Positions 42,384 to 52,186 of a DNA stretch of 64,000 nucleotides are shown here, one piece after another. The notes beneath the pieces are model-generated. The model made no database searches, was not told the origin of the DNA, and saw only the letters and a program-made list of their open reading frames with translations. Both the position numbers and the translations under genes were made by a program. Origin of the DNA: an uncultured bacterium (lineage in GTDB: Bacteria > Fidelibacterota > Marinisomatia > Marinisomatales > TCS55); the NCBI GenBank assembly GCA_964428745.1, contig CAYRYZ010000001.1, positions 13,396 to 77,395 on the forward strand, read 5' to 3'. Position 1 is the first letter of the stretch; the number at the start of each line of letters is the position of its first letter.

Positions 42384-44248
42384 GAGCGTGCTCGAGATAA
42401 GTTAGTTTTTATTGTCTTATCATTAGGTAATACTTGTCGTGCCAATTCATAACATTGAATCGCATTGGGTCGATCGCCAGATAAATAATAAACTGTACCA
42501 AAATAGTCTAATATTAATCCCCATCTTCTTCGCACAGATTCCTCTTTATCTCCTAATTTATCCAATTCCTGAACAATAAATTTTTGAATTTCTAAGTTAT
42601 TATACTGACTATAATGCAACCCTGCTAAGGCCAAAGCTTTTAAATCAATATCTTCACTCTGAGCATAAATAATCAACTTGTTAACTATCTCAGGATCCAA
42701 GAGCTCCATACCTGGAGTTAAATATCGTTTAATAAAATAACTTAGATTTGAGAACTGTCCCATTGAGTGAACCAAATTGGGCTGCAGAAGTAACTTAGCA
42801 GCATCATCTCCTAATGTTGATTCTGTTATTTTTAAACGATTTGCAATTATAGGATTTTGTGGTTTTATGGGACCATACCAATCGTCTACAATAGTTTGAA
42901 GTTTACTTTCCGAAATATCACTATGGCATTGTATGCAAGATGATTCAAAACCCTGAGAAGAATCATAAACAGGACGAGGAATTGAGATTGTATGATCCGA
43001 TCGAGTATATTTTATTTCAGTTCCTATCGCACGTTGCTGTCTAAAGGGCATATGGCATGAAATACAGCGACTTCCTTCAGATTCTGCATCATGAAAGGTA
43101 TGTGATGAAATATCGTTAATTTTGGCCATATGGCATGATGTACACTGCCTATCATCAAATCGATCTATTAATGCGATTCTATTGATATCCTGATAATTTT
43201 GACTATGAGGATTATGGCAACTAATACATGTCATAGATCCACTCAAAAAACAATCGCTAAATAAATGGTTCTGTTGATATCCAAAGGATTTAATTCTTCC
43301 ATCTATACTATACGGATTCTCATTGCCTAATAATGCCATTCTCAATGAATAAAATTCCGATAAATTTTCGCCGGGTAAGTATCCAGGTTTTAAAGGCGTT
43401 TTAACGGCATGACACTGAAAACATAAATCTAGACTTTCTTTTGGCTGTAGACCAAATAAACTGGCAAGACCTATTGATTGTTTTTCATTGACAATATTTT
43501 TTACAATATTTGACATTATCGTCACATGATTCTTTGCTGGACCATGACAAGATTCACAGTTTACAGAAAGTGATACAAATTTTGTATCATACCCACTATC
43601 AAGTTTTTCTGCAATAATCTGGCTTCCATGGCACTGCTGACAATTTGAGATATCATCAACTTCTCCCAATACACGATGCGGAGGCCAATTATATAAATCA
43701 ATCATTCCAATAGATTTATTAATCTTTGCCCATTTTTCATCCGATTTTAGTTGAACAAACCAAGAAGACTCATCCTTACTGAAATCAAATGGAAGAAAGC
43801 GATAAGTCCCATCTGGGTATTTCCCAAAAAAAGTTTGTGTTCCACCTCCATAAAGAAATCCTTTCCCTATAACAGCTTCAACACGTATTACTTCTTCATG
43901 TTCTGATTCTTTATATCTAATCCTAAACTGATATATACCATTCTTTAGTTCAGGATAAATAATTGCATCTGCTAATTGAATAGGTTCACTTGTAAAGGGA
44001 GCTATGACTCGATCTGAATTTGGAATACCACCAGCTTGTCCATGTGTAGATCCTTTCCATTCGTTATATATATCTAAGTGACACGTTTGGCAGTCATTAG
44101 ATCCAATAAAATCAGAATAAGCAACGGTACTCTCTTTAACGTCAAAATTTGATAGTGAAAAATCTCCAGCTGATTGTTTTTTAGAAGAACAACCTTGTAT
44201 AAATAAGAAAATTGCAAGAATAGCATAAAAGGAAGAGCGGTATATCAT
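42380..44248 (-). CDS. Octaheme c-type cytochrome lipoprotein with a C-terminal TPR-like domain
   Basis: Lipobox FIQGCSS. Eight CxxCH motifs (CQTCH, CQQCH, CESCH, CFQCH, CISCH, CTSCH, CISCH, CIQCH). The C-terminal ~170 aa are helical and repeat-like (YYLSGDRPNAIQCYELARQVLPND). Confidence 0.85.
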   Translation of the reverse strand: MIYRSSFYAILAIFLFIQGCSSKKQSAGDFSLSNFDVKESTVAYSDFIGSNDCQTCHLDIYNEWKGSTHGQAGGIPNSDRVIAPFTSEPIQLADAIIYPELKNGIYQFRIRYKESEHEEVIRVEAVIGKGFLYGGGTQTFFGKYPDGTYRFLPFDFSKDESSWFVQLKSDEKWAKINKSIGMIDLYNWPPHRVLGEVDDISNCQQCHGSQIIAEKLDSGYDTKFVSLSVNCESCHGPAKNHVTIMSNIVKNIVNEKQSIGLASLFGLQPKESLDLCFQCHAVKTPLKPGYLPGENLSEFYSLRMALLGNENPYSIDGRIKSFGYQQNHLFSDCFLSGSMTCISCHNPHSQNYQDINRIALIDRFDDRQCTSCHMAKINDISSHTFHDAESEGSRCISCHMPFRQQRAIGTEIKYTRSDHTISIPRPVYDSSQGFESSCIQCHSDISESKLQTIVDDWYGPIKPQNPIIANRLKITESTLGDDAAKLLLQPNLVHSMGQFSNLSYFIKRYLTPGMELLDPEIVNKLIIYAQSEDIDLKALALAGLHYSQYNNLEIQKFIVQELDKLGDKEESVRRRWGLILDYFGTVYYLSGDRPNAIQCYELARQVLPNDKTIKTNLSRARS

Positions 44249-44272
44249 ACCAATAAATTAATCAGGATTGGG

Positions 44273-44308
44273 TAAAAAAAAAGCCCCGTTCATTAAATAA
44301 ACGGGGCT
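44273..44308 (-). terminator. Strong rho-independent terminator after the PorV-like gene
   Basis: AGCCCCGTT (44282-44290) pairs with AACGGGGCT (44300-44308). On the minus strand it is followed by T9 (complement of the A-run 44273-44281). Confidence 0.85.
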
Positions 44309-44333
44309 TTAATTAAGTATAATATTAGTCTAC

Positions 44334-45434
44334 TTAGAAACCAACATTAAGCGTAAAGATTGTATTACCATCAAAATACTTTGCAGGAATATATGCAATA
44401 TCTATTGACGCATCAATTCCAAGCATCTTTTGAAGATAAATAGAGCCACCAAATGAAGCGCCTGCAAAGATATTTTCAATCTTAGCATCACTTTCATCTA
44501 CTGTAGTGGTCAATGGATCATCTTCAAACTCAACTGTCTCCATATCTTGTAGAATTCCAACGCGAACTGCTGCCAAGCCTGGTAGAGTATAGGATCCCAT
44601 TAGTTTCAACTTATCCTGTTCAAAGTTATTACTTTCGTAAGAACCAGAAACTTGGATTGCAGTCCCAACTGAGTAGCTGGCACCTAGCTCAAAAAGCATA
44701 GGAAGGTCAGCTTCAGCTGGTTGAACATTATAAAGCTGTGTTAGACGATCACTACCTACAGCAATAGCCTTAACTAATAGACCAGAACCTTCATAGCGCG
44801 TTGGGCGCCCAAAGTTTCTTACAGCTACACCCACATCAAGTCCTTCTACATCTAAGAAATCAGTGTATTGTACACCGGCATCTACAGATATCGCAGTACC
44901 ACCAACTCGTTTGAACTTTTCTGAACTAGCATTAACTGAAAGTCCCATAGATGTCTTAGTAGACATCATACGAGAATAAGTTAATCCAGCAGTAAAGTTA
45001 GATGGGGAGAATTTCTCTCCAGTTCCATCTGGTGCCCAAACAGTTGTTACAGGAATTTCACCAATATCAATAGAACGGATCGTAACAGCAAATGCATTGG
45101 CTCCGAGCTTCAAACCTGCTCCTGCATGCACTACGGACATGTCCGCAATGTAGGAACGATTAGAAAATGTTGTTTCAAGACTCGCACCAGCACGTGCAAC
45201 ACCAGCAGGGTTCCAGTAAGCTGCTCCAACACCAGTGGCATAAGCTACTGCTCCACCACCTGTTAGATACTTTGCTCCCTGTGGAATCAATAACTGACTC
45301 GCACCAGCTGTACCATTACGCATTCCTGATCCAGCAACTCCACCACCGTATAGCTCAGAACCCTGAGCTGCAAGTAACCCGATTGACAAGGCCAATACGG
45401 AGGTTATTGCAATTATTTTTTTGATTTTAATCAT
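44334..45434 (-). CDS. Outer-membrane beta-barrel protein, PorV/PorQ-family-like
   Basis: Signal peptide. The N-terminal LLIPQGAKYLTGGGAVAYATGVGAAYWNPAGVA resembles, from memory, the PorV-family opening motif (..G.R..gMGGA..A......a.ywNPAGLA). Alternating beta-strand pattern, ending TLNVGF. Confidence 0.5.
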   Translation of the reverse strand: MIKIKKIIAITSVLALSIGLLAAQGSELYGGGVAGSGMRNGTAGASQLLIPQGAKYLTGGGAVAYATGVGAAYWNPAGVARAGASLETTFSNRSYIADMSVVHAGAGLKLGANAFAVTIRSIDIGEIPVTTVWAPDGTGEKFSPSNFTAGLTYSRMMSTKTSMGLSVNASSEKFKRVGGTAISVDAGVQYTDFLDVEGLDVGVAVRNFGRPTRYEGSGLLVKAIAVGSDRLTQLYNVQPAEADLPMLFELGASYSVGTAIQVSGSYESNNFEQDKLKLMGSYTLPGLAAVRVGILQDMETVEFEDDPLTTTVDESDAKIENIFAGASFGGSIYLQKMLGIDASIDIAYIPAKYFDGNTIFTLNVGF

Positions 45435-45453
45435 TTTTATTACTCCTTATGAC

Positions 45454-48400
45454 CTAAAAGCGTTTCGCAAATTCATCTTCAGTGACCATTGCAAACTTCA
45501 ACACTTTTGTGCCGTTCGTGCCCATATCAATATGAATGATATACACACCACTAGCTAGTGGGAAGTTATTAGAATTTCTCATATCCCACTTTTGGTACTG
45601 AGTGTTTGTTGTTTTCTTAAAGTTCGCAACCATGGTACCAGCCATGTTGAATACTCTAAAATTCACTACACCAGAAGTTGGTAAGTGATTAAATGTCACA
45701 TACTTTGGAAGAGGTAAAACAGAATCAGTTCCTTCCAAATCATGGTAACCCATATATGGATTTGGGAATATATTCACTTTCTTTACATCGTCTGCAACAT
45801 TTGTTGAGCCTACTTGAGGCGCAGCTACTGTGAATTTGTCAGCAGGCTGGTTTGTTTTATTAGTAATAATCTTAACAATAGATCCTGATTCCAACCCTAA
45901 GTTATTATTTCCAGCTACTGCATCGATGGTACCATCAGATACATCATCTAGATTCCAAGCAAACCATACATTACGACCCATTAATTCAGGGCCGACACCA
46001 GAATCGTAGTAATCATAAGGTCCGCCTGCAGCGCCTGCGAGGTAATCTCCATTGGATTCTTGTGGTCCGCCACCAGCGGCTATTGAATTAGCTAGCCAAG
46101 CGTTGTATCCACCTTCACCTGGTGATGTATCAGCAGGTAGGTGTGGATAAGTCCAATCTGTATATGGATCATTTGCTCCACCAGATCCTGGATGGTCATT
46201 TGGATGTAATCCCCAAACTTCGTTTTCATCATAGTCATAGAACCATGGGCACATACGATAGCCATTAGTCACATCCCAAAGCTCAAATCCAACTCTTACT
46301 AAAGAACCGGATGTATAAGCTGCGTAAGCATAGTTGTCATCTTCCCAAGTCCAACGATATTCAAAATCGTTCGGAATTAGGTATTTCCAGCCACTACCAC
46401 GAATGATACGACTGATCATAACATCATAACCATTAGCGGATGCTCCACCACCATGGAAGAACCAACCTGAACCATCAGATTGATTTACACGGCCAGTGTA
46501 AGCTACTGGGAAACCTCCCCAGTCCTGTGCACCTTGACATGGAGCAGCTTCTGTACAACTTCCATCTCCATTAGCAGTTACTATAAAGTTTTTAAACGCA
46601 TTTGGTGGTCCTGTGACTGCCCAAGTAAGACCATCTGCAGCTGGATATCCAGGGTCAGTAAATAGAGACCCTTGCTTATATCTAGACAGCACTTTAGCGC
46701 CACTTGTCTTATCAGTAACATCCCATAGTATGCTTCCTTTTGTAGCAGATCCTGTAACAGTATCTTCTGCAAAAGTAATTTCATAATCGTGCCCTGTAAC
46801 AACACCTGGGTCAATTACGGTGATTCTACCTAGTCCGTCACTAGTACCTGCACTATGCGTCATATCTATATGGTCACCTGAATCAACTGTGTATGATTTT
46901 CCTGGGTCTGCCATTTTTGGCGTTACCGTCACAACTGTCATAGAAGATTCTAGTGATTTAAATGGTGAGTTAGCATTGTCTTTTAAGTAAGAATATGCAC
47001 TTATGCCATAATAATATGGACGATCGTTCGTAATCGGACGATTTCTAAGAGCATCAGTCTTTACAACCACAACACGACTAATTCCATTATCACTACCCAC
47101 GTGAGCAGGTTTTTCAAGAATTAAGCCAGTTGCTGGGTCTACTGCTTTTTCAGTAATGACTAACACACCATTGGCGACATCAAATTGATTAATAAGAACA
47201 CCATCAGAACCCGCTGCCAAAGCATTAGGTAACTGATATACTTTGTATCCTTCAAATTTGAAGCCTTTATTAACTGGTGTTTCTGTTTGCTCAAAAGCAG
47301 CAGTTTCTGCCCAGTTCAGGGTAATGTATCCATCCCCTTCAAATGCAGACACAACAGGCGCCTTTGGAGGCGTCGGTAATGAAAAATTATTATCATAAGC
47401 AAACTGTGCAAAAATATCATTGTATTTTAATACAGTAATGGATGAAAGGTTATCACCTCCCATACCACCAATTAGTCCTAGAACTACATCCTGAGTGTCA
47501 CCGATAACCATTTCAAATGGTCCAGTATTCATCACAAGACGACGATCACCAGGAGGTAAAATAATACCATCGATCCAACCTGTACCAGTTGGCGGGTCAC
47601 CCGCTAGTACAAATTTTTCGGGTAATCCTGTTATAGGATCAACAAATGGTTGTTGAGTAGGATGTTCAGGTCTTGGCAGAAAACCTTCCATTAGGTTAAA
47701 CCACTGCAAAGTTCCAACATACACTTTCGTGCTTGGGTCACTTACAGATGAACCAGCAGCAAAATATACAAAACTGGTCATACCTAATGTGGTTTCTTTA
47801 GTTCCGTCTCCATCCGTATCAATTTTAGGACCTTCAAGGAAGTCATATCCTGCAGCAGGAACTGGACTACCATATGAACTAAAGAACTGGTCATCAAATG
47901 TATTACCATTATATACATATCCTAAGCTCAAAGTAGTATCAGAACCCACATAGTCATCGGTATAAGTACCAAGGTCAGGGTCTGACCACTGAGTAAAATA
48001 AATTGTATCTAACTTCGCATCAGCAGGTCCACCAGGAAGACCAACATAGTTGATCCGTGCCCTTTTGAACATCATGCTAGAAAGCGGGTTAGAAAATGGG
48101 AAGTCATATCCCCATAATGTAATTTGAATTTCAAATCCAATTGGAGGTGAACCCCAACCACCTTCAGAAACACTAACAGTTGCTCCGCCAGTATGTTCAT
48201 CTGGTAAGTCATTGGCTACTGTCCAAATTGTTTGGTCAGCGCCAGGAATTCCTGGGATATCTCCATCCCATTTACCTGTCTCACCATTCCAAGTTCCAGG
48301 AGTATATGCTCCATCTCCATTTGCATCATCGTACGGTGCACCTTCATCTGCTGGCCACTCGTTCCAATCATGTTCATACTGAGATTTACCTGCAGCAATT

Positions 48401-48975
48401 TGCGCGTCGGTAAGTGTGGTTGGATCTGCCTCTTTTAAGATGGCAATATCACCGCGAAGATCCGCAGTGTTCCAATTCCTTCTTACACGCCAGATTTGCT
48501 GGTCACGGTAGTTTTCTGAATAAGCAGTATTCAGAACTTTACCGCTAGCATCTCGAAGTACTTTACCAGCCTTAAGACCAGTATTGTACATAGATCCATT
48601 TACACGAATCCTTGGAGTTCCTCCACCAGAACCATCTGTAAGAATCTCACCAGAGGCATCTACGCCATATTTATCTGAGACCTTAGCTCCCCAGAGAATA
48701 CCTTCTGCAAAAATGACACTTCCCATCCCTTTAGGATAGTTTCCGGCTGAACCGTGTGAGGTACCATTCCATGCAAAAAATCCCTGGTTTTCCATGTGGA
48801 TTTTCCAACTGTTAATATTGAAAAATGTATCTGCTGGGCCATTATCTCCATACTTAGCAAGTCTAGCAGCTGTCTTACCAGCATTCTTATCTCCCTTTGG
48901 TGGCTCTGCTGAAACAGTAGAAACCAAGAGAAAGGTGCTTGCAAGCGCCCATGTTATCGATTTTTTGAAGTTCAT
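45454..48975 (-). CDS. Large secreted acidic protein (1173 aa) with an FN3-like domain, DxDGDG calcium-loop-like motifs and a T9SS C-terminal sorting domain
   Basis: GGAGAA SD then MNFKKSITWALASTFLLVSTVSA signal (start 48975 rather than track 49011). DANGDG and DTDGDG motifs. PTPPKAPVVSAFEGDGYITLNW...FEGYKVYQ (FN3-like). The C-terminal FPNPY...FRVFNMAGTMVA...WDMRNSNNFPLASGVYIIHI...KVLKFAMV fits the Por secretion tail. Confidence 0.7.
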   Translation of the reverse strand: MNFKKSITWALASTFLLVSTVSAEPPKGDKNAGKTAARLAKYGDNGPADTFFNINSWKIHMENQGFFAWNGTSHGSAGNYPKGMGSVIFAEGILWGAKVSDKYGVDASGEILTDGSGGGTPRIRVNGSMYNTGLKAGKVLRDASGKVLNTAYSENYRDQQIWRVRRNWNTADLRGDIAILKEADPTTLTDAQIAAGKSQYEHDWNEWPADEGAPYDDANGDGAYTPGTWNGETGKWDGDIPGIPGADQTIWTVANDLPDEHTGGATVSVSEGGWGSPPIGFEIQITLWGYDFPFSNPLSSMMFKRARINYVGLPGGPADAKLDTIYFTQWSDPDLGTYTDDYVGSDTTLSLGYVYNGNTFDDQFFSSYGSPVPAAGYDFLEGPKIDTDGDGTKETTLGMTSFVYFAAGSSVSDPSTKVYVGTLQWFNLMEGFLPRPEHPTQQPFVDPITGLPEKFVLAGDPPTGTGWIDGIILPPGDRRLVMNTGPFEMVIGDTQDVVLGLIGGMGGDNLSSITVLKYNDIFAQFAYDNNFSLPTPPKAPVVSAFEGDGYITLNWAETAAFEQTETPVNKGFKFEGYKVYQLPNALAAGSDGVLINQFDVANGVLVITEKAVDPATGLILEKPAHVGSDNGISRVVVVKTDALRNRPITNDRPYYYGISAYSYLKDNANSPFKSLESSMTVVTVTPKMADPGKSYTVDSGDHIDMTHSAGTSDGLGRITVIDPGVVTGHDYEITFAEDTVTGSATKGSILWDVTDKTSGAKVLSRYKQGSLFTDPGYPAADGLTWAVTGPPNAFKNFIVTANGDGSCTEAAPCQGAQDWGGFPVAYTGRVNQSDGSGWFFHGGGASANGYDVMISRIIRGSGWKYLIPNDFEYRWTWEDDNYAYAAYTSGSLVRVGFELWDVTNGYRMCPWFYDYDENEVWGLHPNDHPGSGGANDPYTDWTYPHLPADTSPGEGGYNAWLANSIAAGGGPQESNGDYLAGAAGGPYDYYDSGVGPELMGRNVWFAWNLDDVSDGTIDAVAGNNNLGLESGSIVKIITNKTNQPADKFTVAAPQVGSTNVADDVKKVNIFPNPYMGYHDLEGTDSVLPLPKYVTFNHLPTSGVVNFRVFNMAGTMVANFKKTTNTQYQKWDMRNSNNFPLASGVYIIHIDMGTNGTKVLKFAMVTEDEFAKRF

Positions 48976-49013
48976 AAATTTCTCCACTTCGTTAATTCTT
49001 GTGATCAGCACCC

Positions 49014-52000
49014 TTAGAAGGATACTGAAACACCCATTCTTACTTCACGAGGAACACCAAACATATCAAAACCATGGTCATTCAACCAGTGGTTGCGATT
49101 GGCCAAGTTGATCTTTTTATACATTTCGACATATTCAGCACCACGACCTTGAACAATCAATGAGCTCAACGCTGGATCATTTAAGAACCCATCATCAAAT
49201 GCATCACCAGTACGGTTATACACATTAATGATATGCTGCGTATTGAACAAGTTAGTAACTGTTGCATAAACTTTAACATTAGCAACTCCAGATATAGCCA
49301 AAGTCTTATCTACACTTAAATCAAAGTTTAAATAAGCTGGGGTATTAGAGGAGTTGATTGGTTCAACCGGTGCTCTATTTCGAGGGTCATTATCAGAAAG
49401 CAATGCGCCTTCACCAGCATCACGCTGTCCCATAGAACCATCTGACATGGTAAATGGGTGACCACTGTTATAAGAAGCAATAAGGTTTGCACCAAGATTA
49501 TCTAAAACTACATTACCGGTTCTGCCTGTTCTGAAATCAAGAACAGCACTTGCTTGATGACGTTGGTCATATCGCGTTGCAGAAATCGAAGTTGGCTTAC
49601 CCCAACCTGATGTTCCTAGACCTGGGTAAGAGTTTGTTCCTCTTACATCCTGGAATACATAGTTAGCAAACAACTGGAAGTTGCTTACACGTGCTGTTTT
49701 AAAATCAAGCTCGATACCTGTAATATTTGAAAAGTCTGAATTCACCCAAATACCATGGTTTCTCATACCAAAGTAATTCATACCAGGTGAACTATCAGGA
49801 CGATAGGTGTCTTCACCAATCTGATCCTGAGGATTACGTGTAAAAACAGTAAGGTCAACAGAAGCAAAGTCTCCGATCAATGTACCATAACCAATTTCAA
49901 ACTTTGTTTCTCTCGTTGGCGCTAAGCCCCAAGCAGATGCACCAGAACCACGGCTACGGAATAAATAGCCCATTGGAGCCATTTGTACATATTTACCATA
50001 GTTCAAATGGAATGTTGATTTATCTGAAATTGGGAAACCAAGTCCAATGCGAGGCATTAAGTAGCTTAGCGTAGGCTGATCCACTAACCCATAGTTTGGA
50101 TCATCAGCCGCTACAATTGTACCATTCTTATCTATTGGTGGGTTGTCATAATCTTTAAGATCTTTATTTGCTTGGTTGATTGCTTCATAGCGAAGACCAA
50201 CATTCACAATTAAATCACCAGCTTCAAATTTATCATTAGCATAAAACGACAGATTGGTAGGGTGACGTGGTTTGTCATATTCATTCTTCATCGCTGAAGA
50301 AGCATCCCAGTCTCTTCCCAAAGGATCGTAACCCCTCCAATTTGAAAGTCGGGCTTGTACAATTTCTGTTAATATACGATCAGTTTGACCATTCACAGCA
50401 TCGATTAGAGTGGAGTCTTGGTTGATCTTAGAGTTCAGCGAATTAATTCCGCTATAACTATAACGTTTGTAGGTATACTTAGTATATGCTAGACCAGTCT
50501 TAACCTCATGCTCACCAAGCTGTGTTACAAATTCTGCATCAAAGCCAATATAAGCATCTTCGCCTTTACTGTAACCACCGCGACGTGCGCCATCACGTTG
50601 AAAACGGAAACCGTTTATATTGTAGTTAGAAGGCTCAACGTACTTGTAAGTACCTGAGAATGGATCTCCACCAGGAGTACCAAAGTTCTTTGCCCAAGAA
50701 GAATCGGGTTGCAACTTTGCAACTTCGTCTCTATCTCCCCACTTGAGCCAATCCTTCAGTTCACTCTTGTGACCTTCAGTAAACATGCCTTCATCTTTAA
50801 AGCTTTTATCATAGGACTCGTATAAACGATTCATTGCCCTAACATTAGCACGGATATATGTAGTAGGGTTTAAAAAGTAAGTCCCTTTTACATTCATTAA
50901 CCAATTACGGCCCCAACTTTCATGACGTCTACTATTGAACATACTTTGAACTGGAAGACCAGCGCCAGAATAAGTGTACTGGTTGAGCGCCAAGGCAGCA
51001 CGAATAACTAATGGGTTCAAATCTAATTGAAGTGTTCCATTAAAATTCAAATCATCCTGTACATTATCAAATGCATACATACCGCCACTGGTATTTGCAC
51101 CACCTGTACCACGAATGTCATCAGTTGGGTCAGCTGTAGGATCATAAATACCATCGTGGTTCGCACCGTCGCGAAATGCCATATTACCTGTAGTGTGATC
51201 TAATACAACATAGTCACCAGATGGTGTTAATCCACCAATTTTATCTGGGATTGGATTTCCGCCCGCAATAGTGAAAGGGGTAAACCAACGGCTTGTAGTT
51301 TTATAATTATCAGTATGGGTTGTTCTAAGAGCACCAAAAAAGCGAACTTTATCGCCAATTGGGCCTTGCAGTGTAAGTGTAAGATCATTATCGCCAGTAG
51401 CTGCCCATGGATCACCACCTTGCATTCCTTCCATCAACACAGAACCTGATATTTTGCTACCACCTGTTTTAAGTGATTGTTGAACCATGCCCGCGTTGGC
51501 ATTACCAATGCTAGCATCAAAACCACCCGTTTGAACAGCAATAGCTTCCAAAGCTTCAGGGATAGCATTTGATACAACCTTACCACTAGCACCTGTCATT
51601 GATGCACCTTCAAGTGTATATCCAATCTCTGAGCCGCGACTACCACGAAGGTGAAGACCATCGTGCATCTTGACTACACCTGCTTGACTTGCAATCATTG
51701 AGGTTACATTACGAACAGCATAGTTCTCAATCGCTTCAGAGTCCATATTTCTTGCAACGTTTGTTGCCGTTACCTCAATCAAAGGTTTCTCAGCAGTTAC
51801 TTCCACTGTTTCACCTTCAACTGCTGCAACTTCTAGCTCGAAGTTTTGTAAGGTTGTAAGTCCAATCGCCACACGAATATTTGAAACTATCTGGGATTTA
51901 TATCCAATATAGTTTACACGTAACGTGTATAGACCTGGTTGAACGTCAAAAATGTAATATTGTCCATCTGCATCTGTTGCTGCACCACTTGTCGTTCCTT

Positions 52001-52133
52001 CAAGAATGACATTTGCACCTGCTAAGGCTTGGCCATCAGATGTAACGGTACCACTAATTTTACCTGTCAAGTTCTGCGCAAACAGACCTGAGATTAAAAG
52101 ACCGGACAATAATAAGGTTGTGAGTTTTTTCAT
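49014..52133 (-). CDS. TonB-dependent outer-membrane receptor with an N-terminal carboxypeptidase-regulatory-like domain (not SusD-paired)
   Basis: Signal peptide. GKISGTVTSDGQALAGANVILEG...DGQYYIFDVQPGLYTLRVNYIGY (CarboxypepD_reg). Plug region (IASQAGVV..GLHLRGSR). Long beta-barrel ending in VSVSF. Confidence 0.85.
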   Translation of the reverse strand: MKKLTTLLLSGLLISGLFAQNLTGKISGTVTSDGQALAGANVILEGTTSGAATDADGQYYIFDVQPGLYTLRVNYIGYKSQIVSNIRVAIGLTTLQNFELEVAAVEGETVEVTAEKPLIEVTATNVARNMDSEAIENYAVRNVTSMIASQAGVVKMHDGLHLRGSRGSEIGYTLEGASMTGASGKVVSNAIPEALEAIAVQTGGFDASIGNANAGMVQQSLKTGGSKISGSVLMEGMQGGDPWAATGDNDLTLTLQGPIGDKVRFFGALRTTHTDNYKTTSRWFTPFTIAGGNPIPDKIGGLTPSGDYVVLDHTTGNMAFRDGANHDGIYDPTADPTDDIRGTGGANTSGGMYAFDNVQDDLNFNGTLQLDLNPLVIRAALALNQYTYSGAGLPVQSMFNSRRHESWGRNWLMNVKGTYFLNPTTYIRANVRAMNRLYESYDKSFKDEGMFTEGHKSELKDWLKWGDRDEVAKLQPDSSWAKNFGTPGGDPFSGTYKYVEPSNYNINGFRFQRDGARRGGYSKGEDAYIGFDAEFVTQLGEHEVKTGLAYTKYTYKRYSYSGINSLNSKINQDSTLIDAVNGQTDRILTEIVQARLSNWRGYDPLGRDWDASSAMKNEYDKPRHPTNLSFYANDKFEAGDLIVNVGLRYEAINQANKDLKDYDNPPIDKNGTIVAADDPNYGLVDQPTLSYLMPRIGLGFPISDKSTFHLNYGKYVQMAPMGYLFRSRGSGASAWGLAPTRETKFEIGYGTLIGDFASVDLTVFTRNPQDQIGEDTYRPDSSPGMNYFGMRNHGIWVNSDFSNITGIELDFKTARVSNFQLFANYVFQDVRGTNSYPGLGTSGWGKPTSISATRYDQRHQASAVLDFRTGRTGNVVLDNLGANLIASYNSGHPFTMSDGSMGQRDAGEGALLSDNDPRNRAPVEPINSSNTPAYLNFDLSVDKTLAISGVANVKVYATVTNLFNTQHIINVYNRTGDAFDDGFLNDPALSSLIVQGRGAEYVEMYKKINLANRNHWLNDHGFDMFGVPREVRMGVSVSF

Positions 52134-52186
52134 TATACTACTCCACTTAACTGTTACTTTAATATTAAAAAAATCTTTCTGGTATT

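Noticed and set aside
48794-49111. 105-aa plus-strand ORF spanning the TBDR / T9SS-cargo junction, and a similar one at 52006-52323
   Set aside because: Both are antisense to strongly supported minus-strand genes and their leader regions, with no coding signature.
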